A DNA stretch of 64,000 nt from Raillietiella orientalis (lineage: Eukaryota), in assembly GCA_036172245.1 (NCBI GenBank), contig JAYWIR010000001.1, positions 7,936,001-8,000,000 of the forward strand, in the 5' to 3' direction. This document shows, piece after piece, positions 24,301 through 38,400 of this stretch (position 1 is its first letter; every line of letters starts with the position of its first letter). A program made the position numbers and the translations under genes. The notes below the pieces were generated by a model, which did not search any database, was not told the origin of the DNA, and saw only the letters and a list, made by a program, of their open reading frames with translations.

Positions 24301-25249
24301 GTGATCTTTGAAAAGAACGTAGCAGTAAGCCCTTCATTTTGAAATTACCTTGTATGAAAGAATGAAGAGCGTGTACAACGAAATGTTAAAATGCTCAGTG
24401 AGCTTCCGTTGCAGACGTGAAGAGCAGTGGAACTAACAGCCGCCGATAAAACCTGAGGGAATTTGGTGTGTGATGGAATGACATTATCTGAACTCTCTTC
24501 CTGTGATGGATAACAAAGCATAGCAGTTTTCTAAATGACTTCCTACAAGCACAGCATCATTGTGGTTTCCTTTTCTAGAGATCAGCAGTGCGTCATACTA
24601 TACTCTTTTCTCCAACGACGAGCCAAAGCTGCGGAGACTATTGCCAAGATGGCTATGATGAAGAACACAGAATGTATTTACGAGAAACGAGCTTTTGTAG
24701 TCGTGTCATGATATCAACTCTAATGAATGAATTTAAAAGACTTAAAAAAATACGCGCATTCTAAAGCTAAGGCCCCCTTACCATTCCGATAAACATTCCT
24801 GAGGAAAAAAGTGATGCCTCTGTGTAGGATAAAGACTTCATGTTCGATTACCATAAAACACGTGACTCATAGAACAAGAAATAAAGGCGATTTTGGTAGC
24901 AGAAATATTCACCTTACAACCAGGAATCTTGTCTGCACCCCATTCTCTCCGGATGCAAGACCAAACATGCTGACTGAAAGAATCGAATGTTTTGCTTTGG
25001 TCCAGTACTCCACCAGGCTGTGTGCATCCTCCACGTTTACCAGTATACGCGGCTCAAAATAAGCTCAGCCTTTCATGAACTTCAGAAAGGATCTCAAAAA
25101 GTGAATCTTCCGTCATGTCCTCCCACCCGACAGGGACTTCTGGAGTGGTGGATCTGCACTGACGATGCACCCTTTGCTTGAACTTCTCTTTGCTTTTATT
25201 AAAGAATCTGGTTTACAAGATGCTTACTCATTCGCCTTAGCTGACATCT

Positions 25250-28200
25250 CGGGTTTGGCGAGGTGAGAAATTTTGCGTGACTCCAGTCGTCGTCCATCTT
25301 TGGAAATGCAAGCTCGTGGGGAACTGAATTCCCGTAATCCGACGCTGCATCCCGTGGACCTGACTCCTCCTGCGACAAGTTGATCCTGTCCTTAAACTTA
25401 TCCTAAGAGTGTCTTCATGGTAACCAATTAACCCCTTCACGAGTGCCTGCTCTTAGGATGCGTCCATAGAGGAAAAGCAGGAAACGATAATAAAGACCGT
25501 AACTACACACACAAAGAGCGTGAGCCATGAGTGTGGTCCGTTGTGGTGAATGAGAAATGGGTGCTCGTTGCGTAAGCTGCCTGGGGACCTAAGCCGCTCA
25601 ATTCCGTAATGGAAGTGATCCTGTCATGATCAGCAACAAGATTGGGGGCAGAGTTACGTGTGATTGCCAGGGAAACGTACGTTTATTGGTTAACTCAGGA
25701 GGCAAATGATGCGCTCAAAACGGATCCTTCTAGAATCTGTTGAGATTAGCAGCGCGTTCTTGACGGCTGACTCCATTGAGGGGAATCATCCGCTGCTTTA
25801 CGTGAGACTTGTTCGCCTTCTCTACAAACGAGTGTTTTCACCAGTGCTGTCTTTAAACTCGATCTTCACTAAGCCCGGACGGAATCTCGCACTCAGCGCA
25901 CGTGTTGCTTCAATCTCCATCTAAAAAGAGAGCAGCCTTCGTTTTAAAAGCGAATCCGAATATATGTCTTTTCATGGGAAATCCTCCCATTGTCCTTGGA
26001 CTGACGCTGGACCGTGTTCGCATCGGCGATCCTGTTTTTATGGGCACCCTGTTCGGCGCGCCAACAAAATGCCGTTTTATGAGAACCGCGCCATGGATCC
26101 GTGTAGGCTGAAATATTTCACTGCGGGCTCACATCGCTCCCGTGCTGGCTGCGACCGCAGGAGCACTGAAGGATCAAATCAAAGGCGAATCGGACGTCAT
26201 GAAGGAAGAAAAAGTGCTACGCAATACTCCGCCAGTGGTGCTGTGGCTCGTGAAAGAATGCAGACAGGTGATTTTGAGACAGCACATCTCAGACGCCTGC
26301 TGTTTAAAGCAGTCAAAAGACTCTGATGTCACCATTGCTGCCATAGGATGCATTGCGGCGCTCGCCTTGCACACCCACGTTTCGTTCATTCTGCTTGTAA
26401 AGTGAAGTTCATCGATTTCGCCTATAAAATCTCGAGTGTTTTCAAGAGCCGAAGGGTTGGGAAAATGTACATCCAGTTTGTAGGAAACCCAACCACTTGA
26501 CAGGTTTCCTGACATATTAGTGATCGTTACCTTGTGGGTACCACGGATTCCTTTACGTTGACTCGCTTGCTGCATGTGGATTTTTTTGGTCAACATAACG
26601 GTGTTCCTTGCTTCCAGTATGGCCAAGCGATGTCGAAAACCTGGGAAGCATTACTCCAGTGAATGCAAATTGTGATTTCGGCGCAGCCTACCTGGGTCAA
26701 CCAGACGAATGGCCTCCTTAAATGTGTCGAACGCATGGCACGCAGCAGAAAGCTCGTCGATTTCAAGCGGCCGCCATGCAAGAAGGTCGCTATACAAACC
26801 CCAAAGGTGGCACTGAACCTTCAGCACGAGGAAGTAATTGGGATGCACGTAAGAGGATGCGAATGCGATAAAGTCATCCGATTCCGCTATCTTCTCTTCC
26901 AAGTATTTCACTCGTTCATCGAGGGAATCGTACCGGAGTATGACCTCGAAAAATACCGCATCAGTTTGCAGCTTTCTGTATCTCGCCAATAATTTCTGGT
27001 CAGTCTTTTCTACGTATATTTGGGGAGAAGACATTTTACACTTCTCGCATTTCCAGAAGCACGTGACAGCCTTATAGTCGGTGGGCATGAGATACCCCGT
27101 GGAACACCTGGGGCACTTCACGGCACCGATGTAGGAACCGAGTTCCGTAGGATCCTTGCAGCGCATGCATTCGCAGGGGAACCACTTGGAAAGCTCCAGA
27201 TGCTCGCGACGGAATCTTGTAGGGAGCAAGGGATCAACGTGGCAGATTTTCATGCGGTCCTTGGGTTCCAAATCCATCAGGCAATGGAAGGCTACATGAT
27301 GTTTCTGGATGACGGTGGCAATACAATTTGGAAAGCAGCTGTGTTCGAAGAGAGACCCTTGCAACATCACTAGGCTCAAACTACAACTCGGGTCGAAATC
27401 AAATGCAGCTTCAAAAGAGTTCATGCGCAGTATGTTCCAAACACTTCGCAATGTGTGTTCCGTCTCTTGAATGGGCAACAAGGAACGAAACCTGGATATC
27501 CTGCGGCTCCACACTTCTGCAGATTCTCCAGGAATATCAACTTTTACTTGGATCCCCAACAACTTCTCCCACATTCTAGGATTTTGTTTTTGCATCGCCA
27601 AGGCTCGCAACAGAGGCACCATCCAGTAGTCTTCCGGGGAATATGCAGAGTATCTCACACCATGGCTGACAAATAGCTGGCACTCCGGTTGATGTAACTG
27701 GCTGAATTCGCATCTGGAGCTGCAGAGTAGCCAACCGCATTTCTTGCACCAGTGCTTCACTTCAGTTTTTAGTGTTGGGATGGTTAAAAAGCACCCAAGG
27801 CAGTAAGGTCTAGATGTGTCCCGCCAAATAAGGACGGGCTCGTCCGTGAACAGTAAAGAATTTGCTTTTACATCTCGGGTGGTAACCCAATGACGGCGCA
27901 ACTTCTTATCAGAAATCACCATGAATGAAGTGCAGTCCTTTTGATGAGCCCCCAAGTCGGACTGCTGGTGCTCCTTGCTGCAGTACCATACTTTTCCACA
28001 AAAGGTACAGCACAAAAAGCTTTTCACGCCGCAAACTTTGCACAAAGTATTCATAAAAAGCGGCGACTACCAGCAGCAGTTTCAGCAGCTGGGTCTGGAG
28101 AAAAAAACTCATCTCTTACAAGGGTTTAATACGCTGAATTCAGAATTTGCAATCACACAGGGCCCTACGGACGTTAAGGAAACTTTCAGCACTGTTCCCA

Positions 28201-29400
28201 TAGTGCGCTGAAAGAAAAGATGTGGATTAAATGTCTTAAGTGTCACTTTTCTCAAGACATCAACGACTAGCAATTTGTCATCATCTAAGTCTCTGTTGCT
28301 AAGGGAAAATCGACTGGCTGCGGAACATTTTCCCATTCAAACAACGATCTCCCTCAGTGTTGCACATCGGCCATTTTGTTAGTGCAAGAGACCCGGATCC
28401 AAGGAGGCAGCAAAGCAACAGTGAAGCTGTCCACGCTTCCCAGCATTACTTCTACTAAGAGCTTTTCCTCCTTCTGCATAAGCATGCATGTGGACACTGA
28501 GTAAACATTGACTTTAGGAAGCGTCCTTTTCCGGAAAACCCATTGTATGCTGAGAAATCTCCTATCGCTGGATCCCATACCCCACTCGAAGTGATTTGGT
28601 TTTCTTCTTTTAGTTCGCCACCCTTTCTGTATAGCAATCTCAACAGCTCTCTTTATTCAGTGATCATAGTGAGGAAGAGTGCAGCCCTACAGTTCGGCGA
28701 AACACACATCTTTAGCAGCGATGGAAACTTTCCCCGAAAACCCTCTTACGAAATTTCACACAAACATAGATACATGGGAATGAAGACCTTCATACATTAA
28801 TGAACTCTGTAAGACTGGAAATACTGCCTCGAACAAACTCCTTCCGTGATGAAACTTCCATGATAAAGGGCGACTACTCATTAAGATGTTCCTACTTATC
28901 TTCAGCACGAAGTTATTCCTTTAAAAACACAGGAAGCAAACTCTGAGGACTATTCGTGTCATCGGACAGCAAGAAATGGAATCAAACATTCGAAAATTCC
29001 GATGTAAAGGCTCTTACCCACGGATCCTTTTTAGAAGACCAGATGAACGTTTGCCACTTGTCAATGTCAATGGACCACGTCAGATGAAGCAAAAACCACT
29101 ACAGACTAGTCAACTGTCGCCTTCCTCTTACCACGCTATCCAGAGTGTCGATGGTTCTTAACGCCGCACACGACAACGAGGCCGAAAGGCACAGCACTCG
29201 AATCAAGGTCGTCGCCACATTGCACTATTGCATTTCGTGACCTCGAACCCTTTCCAGTGGAAGGTGCAAAGCCTCTTGCATAAATTCGAAGTTATTATAC
29301 TTTCGGTACATCCGACAGAGGCGTCAGCATATCATGGAGAGCATCCTGCATTCCAGAAAGCTCTAGGAAATATCCTTTCATGTAGGGCGAACTGCGTGCG
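25250..29400 (+). repeat. Segmental duplication unit around copy 2, homologous to about 54090-58270
   Basis: Collinear diverged matches: aacgataataaag (~25483/~54314), ggtgaatgagaa (~25545/~54376), gggaaac.tacgtttatt (~25669/~54629), gctcttacccac.gatc (~29010/~57914), cacgtcagatgaagcaa (~29076/~57979). Boundaries are approximate. Confidence 0.85.
26531..28054 (-). CDS. SET and MYND domain protein (SmydA/Msta-like), copy 2; exons 28054-26692 and 26640-26531 (frame stays open to 26174 if unspliced)
   Basis: Same domain layout (EHSCFPNC, CECMRCKDPTELGS). 51-nt GT-AG intron 26691-26641. Exon 2 peptide RLAILEARNTVML aligns with copies 3 and 4. Confidence 0.92.
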
Positions 29401-32400
29401 TAGAACAGAGATTCCAGTTTGCGAGATGGAAAATGGTAGCTGCAGACGAGGACGCACTTATCAAGGCAAAACCCGAATGAATGCTTGTAACTTTTGTGAA
29501 CTGATCGTATCTTTCGGAACTTTTATTGCTCTTCAACATGCGTTTCCTCTTTCTTGGAACTTGTGGTGTTTGTCAGGACCTATAGAGCCCAGCTTGTCAG
29601 AGGGCTTGCCTTTCGACAAAGGGAACCACCATAGCTCTGCTGGGCACTATTCGCGCAATATCAGGGCACAGCTTGAACTGTCTCTTCGCTGCACTTGGAA
29701 TTTTTGGCTTCACATAGTTGGCCAGGCATTTCCGTGATGGCGGTCGAGCAAGCTGCCGTAGGCAGCATACCATAAGGTTAGCGTAGTTATCGGAAAATTG
29801 CGAGACAACACTGTTACTAGTGGGACTTCGTTTGAAGGCAGATGCACCGTCAAAGTGCTCTTCATTCTCGGCAAAGGAGCACCAAATCTACAGCTCGCAT
29901 TCCTCCCCTGCGGTCAGTGTCCGAAATGGTCCGTCATTGTTCAGTTGGCGACCTCCCATTCCAAAACCGTTACCAGCATTTTCTTTCCCGAGAATCGTCA
30001 GGAAGCTGCAAACGTGTTGCCTCTGAAGCGCTCGCGGATTAAAATCACTTCACGCCTACCGTTCTTCCAGTTCCGTGTGCTTCGCCGCTGCCGAATTTCG
30101 GCCTCGAGCTGCTGCGTCCACCAGAGAGTTCTTTATGCGGTTTTTTCCAGATCGTAGGAAACGCACCGATACCTTAGCTAACGTGGAAGAAGTGGCAGTT
30201 TTACTATCTGCCACTTCTGCCTCATGAACTCAGGGGTCGATGAATTTTCGAAAAAAAAATCTGCTTCAAACCGTTTCCTATGCCCAGCGATTGCACAGCA
30301 AAGTCAGTTGAGTCTTGGAAATCAAACTCGAACAGGATGTTCTGGAGAATCAAGAATTCCGATGTTTGCTAGATGCATCTGAAAGTGCTTCGGCTCCCAC
30401 TGGTCCATGGGACTTTCCATGATGAAGGACTTTCTCTGAATCAACTTTTGGCATGAGTAGCTTTTTCTTTTTCATTAACGAAGAGAATTTCATTGCACGC
30501 CAGCTGTCAGAGATGTCGAAGAAGAGCTCCCGATCCGAATCTTTACTGTCGCTTCTTCTCAGGAAGCTCTGAGCCTGAAAAACACAAAAAGCTGACAAGA
30601 GCTCTATGCCAGAAGACTCAGCGTCCAGGCATCTGTACTTTAACAGATACGCTTTAAAGCCTCCCTTGTTTTTCTTTGCGTCTCTTGACTTGCCAAGAGC
30701 AAGTTCTACTGACTGCTCATGTTTGCTTTTTATTTGTTTCATCAGCTTTACATGCGGAGATGGGGGATCACTCCATCCGACCACGCTATTCGATTCGCTC
30801 AATCACAAAACATCTCAAGGATGAACAGATAGCAATGAGACGGTTGAGATGACATGATTTGTAGTAAAATATGCAGGGGAATAAAGCAAAACCAAAACCG
30901 GTGCGAAAAGTGAATTATGAGAGATCCTGATAATGTCGCTAGTAGAGCTGAGACTAGGTTGAGAAGGATTGGAGATTAGGAAGCTAAGAGAGAGTAGGTA
31001 GAAAGTGTTTACTGAAACTGAAACAAGGATGCTGTCAGTTTGATGTCTTCTCAGTGTAACATACACTCTTACATCCTTAGGATGTCAGCCGTTTATTTTG
31101 CGGAGCTCTCAGTTGGCGCTACCATGGTCGCGTATCCAGGCAACTTTAGGTGAGCAGAGTTGACTTTGACAGACCAAGAGTGTCTCATGTTTCACTACCG
31201 CAGACACCCTCATCATCAGGGGCATTTTTACGAAATGCAGTATAGCTATGCAAACTGCATCGATTTTAACTAGTGAGGGCGAGGAGGATCGCGTTCCTTG
31301 ATGACATAGTGAATTCTTCCATCCTTTTTTAGGTCTGTAGTTTTGAGCATAAGCAACTGAAGGATTCTGAAGTGTGGGCTGCCCATTAGTTAGCTTGATA
31401 TTTTGTATATTCATTCCTCTTAGTAGCCAAATATTCGTTCTCTATGTTTCTGCTGTTGACTGACTCCATTCCATTTTATTTCGGAAAGAAAGTCAGGGAC
31501 TGAATCAGCGTGCGACGACAACTCTTCAGATTCAAAGTCTGGTCTAACTAACCATCATGCCCGTTCTTCTATTTCAGTGACGCATCCGAATGTAGCTGCA
31601 ACGTCCACTTAAATTCTTTTATGAGTGCTTTTTAAACGAGAAAGATATAATGAAGCTGGAAAGATCGCTGATCCTGCTGTCACATTCACGAGTGCAGAGC
31701 ATCAGCCCATACTGCTTCAACAGAAACGATTTACGATGCAATGGCTAAGAGCACGAGAGTTCTGTCCCATCCAAGAGCTCCAAAAGTTGATTCTTTCAGC
31801 TCCATGGATCAAGAAAAGACACATCTCTGCATTACGCCGTAATTTAGAAGCACACAAATTACATGTATGATCTCTAGGTCGACCCTGCGAAGACATTTTG
31901 CTAACGTTGCGGAATCTGCTCGTTCTGATGAAAGATTCAGCACCATCATTGCTTTTGAAGCATCTCTAAGCAATAGAAGTAGAAGTGAAAACAATTCAAA
32001 TGCCATTTTTAATTCACGAAGCGCTGCAATACAGGTAAACCCTCTCCATTGACCATGTGTGAAATGCTACCGCTGTTGATCAGCTAGAAAGTCAAGACGG
32101 CTTCATGTTTTCAAAGCTTCAATACAAATTTCAGATGTTTACAAATTCTGTTTCAGATGTTTCAGATGTTGAAGGCTGTTAGTTTACTCCAACTACCAAG
32201 GCTCGACAAGCAAACCGTTCTGGAGGTCCCTGAGCTCGCGAAACCTGCGAAGTAAAAAATCTCCACACGTTTCTTGAACTCTCTGTAGGGCTGGTATGAG
32301 AACTGGCATATGCACTGTCGAGTGTCTTGTCTGACTCGCTGTTGTCTCTTCAAGTTATGCAGTTGGTCGAATCAGTTTTACAGAGCCTAGCTGCTTTCAG

Positions 32401-35400
32401 GACAAGGTAGAACCGATGAAAAAAACCGTCCTCCTCAGCGGCCAGAGAAAAATTTTACCTCAATAGACTACTCATGTGGTTTTTCACAGAATGAGAGCTC
32501 AACCTCCTGGAGAAGAGCTGTAGAGGGATTCATTGGTTTATCACGTTCATAAGGTGTTGAGCACCTATTGAGGTGTTGCGAAAGGAAGCAGTGCATCTAT
32601 AACAAAACAAATACCTCTTTTTGATGGATACTCTACTGCCAAGGTTTTTCTCGTTGAAGTTCACATGATGGTTCATCTGGCCTCCAAGAATGCCAATAGA
32701 TTGGTACTCCAGATAGTGCCATGCACGGAAAGAATGAACCACGTGTAGGGTTATACGGTTTTCGGGTAAATGCTTTCTTGTCTAGGTCACGACGTTGTCC
32801 TGCTCTCTGCATGAGCGCTTGGCACCGCTCGTAGCTCCTTTGAGATACCGCCGCAGTCATCTACCAAAAGGTGTCGCTAAAACGCAACTGAAAATTGGAG
32901 GCAAACTGTGAAAAGAAAGCAGCAGTGCGTATCCGAAGATGGTCATACCGAATCTGCAGCATTCTATTTCTTCAAAAATGTTTTGTTTTCTTGCCACCGC
33001 GTTGACATGAACTCGAAGGTCATGAACTTCCGAGGTGTGCATTTTTCTCATTCGCCTTACCCTGACCTAGGAATAGTTTCCATAGTTGCCTCGGGAGAAC
33101 CTTAGAGTGAAAAAGCACACTGAAAAACAGTGGCATCCCCGTAGTCGCCAGAACACTCTCAGAGAAACAATTCGGGTTTTCAGGAAGCACAACACATGTA
33201 ACGCCTCTTCCTGAATCATTCCATTTGCATCCACTCTAAGATCCTGTCCGCACCTCGCGGTTAACTCTTGCAGCTCTGGAGGTTCTACTCACCAGCATAA
33301 CTAAGTTTCCGGAGTTAACTGAACCACTTTTAATGTTCCAGAGCGTAAGCAGACCGCGAAGAGAAGTGGCATCCAGTTACTTCCTCTGTATGGAGAATCA
33401 AGAAAATAGAAAACTCACCTGGATTGACAATTCGCATAGACCTGCTGAATGTTTCAAACAGTCTGGTTGAACCAGTAGAGACTTTTAGCCCTAGTGACCG
33501 ACGTCAAGTAAATCGCTGAAGAAATGCCACATGTCAACACAAATTTTTAATTAAGTAAGGTGCTTAGAAGGAATGCATGTGGAAACACATAAATGCCGCA
33601 GCAGCGAATGTACTTTTTTAGATGACCAGCACTACTACTCACAAAGACACAAATGCTATCTAAATCGTGACTGTAAGCACGAAGCTGAAGCTTCCTGTGG
33701 ACCGTTCATTCTCCTTCCCTTTTCTGGGATTTAACCACCCATGTTCATCAGTGGTGCCATGAGCTTTTTGAAGAAAAAGCGTATTGCAGTCCTCACATTC
33801 CCCATTCTCGATATTTTACCTCACAGTCCGCGCGAATCATAGCTTACAGAAGACATCTGCGATACTTCGGAATACAGATGTGCAATTTCAATTCCGTTTG
33901 ATCATGGCAACCCCTGTTCGATTCGTTGCAGTCATAAGGTGAATACGTGCGATATTTGCGATCCAACTGATGCCACGTCTGATCGACAGTAACAGGTCAA
34001 CGTAACAAATGCCATTGATGGCATTACCGTGACCGGAGGCTGGCAAGAAGCGAAAGCCAGACTAAAAGATCTTTTTATGATCAAAACACGAAAATTTACA
34101 GAATGACGTGAAGTGAACCAAAATTCTCTCGCATTGCTTCCTGAACATTTTCAGATGTCACAGCATCATGAGATTTCTTCTCTACGGTAATTAAAGGGCG
34201 TGCCATCCTGTCTTGAAGAGAAAAATGCACTGATCAATCTCTTTCTCATTCATGTAGGGATTCAAGAGCTGTTGAGCGTGCTATTTGTGCTGTTTGTGAG
34301 GAAGATAATTCAACGTAATGTCTTCGATTTGTGGTGCCGATCTTCGCATGCACATTGCCGACTCGTCAGGAAGACTAAAGCTAGTCTTCCGTTGAGTGGT
34401 GACAATCCAGCTTTATATTTCATCATCTGAGGCGAAAGTGTCATTTCAGTCATGATCTGCACATAATAGAAGTACGTAAATGTAAGCTGATTGAACTCCA
34501 GCCGCACTTGACGCTACTGCATAAAATATGGAAAGAGTTTTGCGTTTTCTGTGTAACCGTCGCACACTTTTAAACAGCTGCTTACCAGCTGAGGCAGGAT
34601 TCTGTCTCTGCAGAATGAAGACATGTAATCAATGGAAAACCTGCCAGATGGGTTCCTTTCTTCAGAATGGAAACTTCAGATTGCAGATACTGCGAGATTG
34701 CTTGCCTCTTTCGAAACAAACCATCTCGGAGAAAAATGCGAGCTTTGCTACGACAAATTGTCCTATTCTGCACTGCAATCGACACAGTACGCTCGTCATT
34801 TGACTAAAGAAGAGCTTGGATTTCTGTCCCTCACACGTAGAAGGAGGTGCATGTTCGTGAAGACCGCAAAAGACTTTACTCCTTTGCACATCTGTAGCAA
34901 CAGTAAATGGGGACTGCGACATTGCTCGCGAGTGCCCACTGGAACAACCTGGCAACTGTCGGCAAGCCACGGACCCGTGTTCCTCTGAAGAACCCTCATT
35001 CTTCGGGACGTGGTTCAAATGATCGGCCCGTCACTTCCACTCGGAGTGTCATGGAGCAGTCATGTCGGTTAGCTGCAACGGCGCTTGCATAGCACAAGGA
35101 CTCCTCTGTCCTCCTTGTCTCCCAACAAATGAATCTAACGAGGGATCCCTTTGTATTCGCATCCTAAGCAGATCCGTTGAAGTAACCAAGTCTCCCAACG
35201 CGAGTAATGCAAAGGCATCATCATAATGGCCCTGCAAATTTGTCGTTTTCTCCATGGTGTTCTGAATGCAAGCTTAAGAAATCGAGTGTGAACATCTGAT
35301 AAAGAATAGCGTCTTCCATTCAAATAACGTCGATTGAATTTGCATTTGGAAGCAAATTGGATACAAAGATGCAAAAAAGCAGCTTCCGCCAACATACAGA

Positions 35401-38400
35401 CATGACAATCTAACGCAGGGTTCTACTGAAGGAGAGGATATACAAGAGTGTATGTACTCGACTGTACCGAGCATGACGATCGAGTCAAGCAGCAACCGAA
35501 TTCCATTTGATGCTCTCTGTTAGGCATTGCTACTGCTTACTGGGCAATTTCCTTCCTGGAACCCCAGGTAAGGACACCAGCTGGCTGCAAACAAAGCATT
35601 ATTTTGTGTATCACCACCTATTAGACACGTCTCATGTACTCATGCCACCGAAACAGACACTGGCATCAGAGCTCACATCAGAGCTCGTAGGCTGAGACTG
35701 TACGTTAAACAAATCTCGTGCTGAGTCAACTGGTGTGCCTTCTGCTTGCTCGAGATATGTAGAAAGTTTGACCCACGCCAAAGAACATTCCTGACGAGAA
35801 AATCTGGAGAAACGGAAAGAACGGGAAATCCCTGCAAATGTGTGGAATATTCCGGCAACACACCTCGGAACCAACAGGCAGATCAAGATATCCGCTATGC
35901 CTCTAGGGCTTGCACATCATCGGGCGCGTGAACCGAAATCATCCGAAGGACTCTCTGTGTTTATTTTTTTGTAGCCAGTTTGACGTAAACGCTTTCGTTT
36001 TACAGGGGCATTTATATCAGAGGAGTCAATCTGCGACCATGCCTTTAGGTACTCAGGGAAGCACATCTACGTCTATAAGAGGATTATGTTAAGGAAATGA
36101 ACACCACCATCTGGATGTTCTGAAAGTATAAAATGCAGAAAGAACAAGGAAGACATTGATCGTCAGCAGGTGAAGCTCCGCATGAACAGTGAAATTTTCT
36201 GGTTTCAAGTCATGTAAAGACGTCGGCAGAGAAAGCCCTCAGGTGAGAGTTGGCGAGGAAGTGGGGTGCTGCCAATGAGTCAAGTTGCTTATATCCACAT
36301 ACAAGCCCAGCTCAAAATTTTGACTCTTGCAGCTAAAGAGATGCTGCATTACAGGATCGAAAGGGGAAGCAAGTACACGTGGAGATTTGAATTTAGGAAC
36401 ACGCAAGTCGTGAGACGGTCCGGCATGTGCCGAGAGCAGCCAATGTATAAAACTGGCAAACGCACATTGCACGAGAGAAAGAATGCCACCACGTCTTGTG
36501 GTTGCATTTTTTCGAGAAAAAATACCCTAGCTATGTTGCGATTCCATTCATCCCAGGATCTCCAGCTTTGCAGACGGCGTGCAATAGAAGACCCCCATCA
36601 GATGAACACACCGAATCAAGGACGTACCGTGAAAATGTTGCCGTATCTCCAGGTTATACACGGAGGCATGCAACTCCATCGAGGCGGTAAATTATTACTT
36701 TCCAGCGTTCAACCAGCCTAGTGTATCCCCCTGGTCTCCAATGTGCGGCTCATCTCTTATGCCGAAAGAGCATAGACACAATAGGAGTTCCAATCGCAAG
36801 GCTTTGAGGAACGAACTGCCATCACAGAAGACTCGCATCCATGGGGACGAGAAAGCAGTCTCAGAGCTACCATTCGGATCATGCCGTTTCTCCAGCATGC
36901 ACTCATCTTTCTGAGCACATGCAGTTCATACTTCGTCCACATCTAACCCACTGTCAAATCAGCGGTCTAAAAAACAGAATTCCTAATACGGAATTCTCAC
37001 TGTTTGTTTGCTTTGAATTCATTTTTATTGCGATGCCAGGACTTCCAAGTGTACGTTACCGAGTGCCACTGTGGAGAAGAAATGCTCAGGAGAAAGAATT
37101 CAAAAACCTTCGAATCGCAACCGACTCGATGGTTTGAAAATCACGTGACAATACCAGGATCCACAATTCTCGTGTTGTTCTTAAGAGTGTGATACCCACT
37201 AGGTGCTTTACTTGGCTTTACCAAGTTCAATCGCCGACATGAAAGAGAGTCACTGCACAATTGACACAACTGACTGCAAACTTCTGGTGTGAGTTAATGC
37301 CAATGGATTCACTCTTTTGAAAGCCACTTGATGGAATCAAAACAAGAAAGTACCTTGTGCTTTAGCTTCTTTGGACTGTCCGAAGAAGACTTCGCAGTAA
37401 TGTCCGTCATGCAATAGACTTCAACATTAAAGTTCCTGAAAGTCTTCATCAGCTGTGAAAAGTGTTTGGATCAAAGCACCTTGCATTCGTCACATTCCAA
37501 CAAACAGTGCAATGGCTTAACAGCCTTTAAAGCAAAATAAATTGCAAGAAATCTGCAATTGAAATACCGAATGTGGAATCTCAGCTCGATTGGATCCAAA
37601 CAGCGATTGCACTCGCGCAGCAACAGCTTGCAATACTTCCTTTTGTCTTAATGGTAGCTGGTGGGAAACAAGGTGTCCACGTAACAGGTGCTTAGCAGCT
37701 CGCTCGCTCTGACATCCATAGCTCAACGGATGGTGAGCTTGCGCTTACCCTGCACAATGGCCACGCAATCCTGGCCACAGTGGTGTCTGAAGAGTGAGTA
37801 CTGCACCATAAGGAATCTCGGACTCGATTTCGAATCGCGTTCAAACTCAGCTGTTAAGAAGCTCATTTCAAGGATACTCCCAGTTCGCCAAATAGTTGGT
37901 TTGAGAGGCACATCATCAGAATTTCATATGCCTCATGTAGTAAGTCGGAATGCTCCAACACGGCTGAATTTAAAGTCGGATTCTTCCAGCATTTGTATTG
38001 CCAACATTTTTCTCCATTTTTCTTTCTTCCACGATTGCAATTCCAAGGCTTCCAGCAGAGAAAACAATATGCAACAAATAGAAAGACTTGAAGCGCTCGA
38101 GCATCTACTCTACAGTTGCCACGAAATGCTCAGATGGCTCGATTCAAAGGAATTCACTCAAAGCATTGGCTGCAAAACGTAAATCAGCACTCGAAACAGG
38201 ATACACGCTTGAAGTCAAAAGACAAGCAGACTAGGCAGTTATGATCGTTTAGGTTCTTTCAAGTGATGATGGGTTCTTCCAAATGCAAAAAGGGACAAGT
38301 TCAGATTGCGGGTGGCAACCAGTTGATGCCATCCTTTCTCGTCGGTCTTTTACTTTATAAGTAGTGTTGTCCTTCCTATGAACGTGCGAATCGGACAGCA

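Noticed and set aside
26174-26626. Stand-alone 150-aa ORF
   Set aside because: Its first part is exon 2 of SMYD copy 2; the remainder is probably intron read-through.
32129-32170. Short tandem copies of tttcagatgt (also catcagagctc x2 near 35665)
   Set aside because: Ordinary slippage duplications with no spacer structure; not CRISPR-like.
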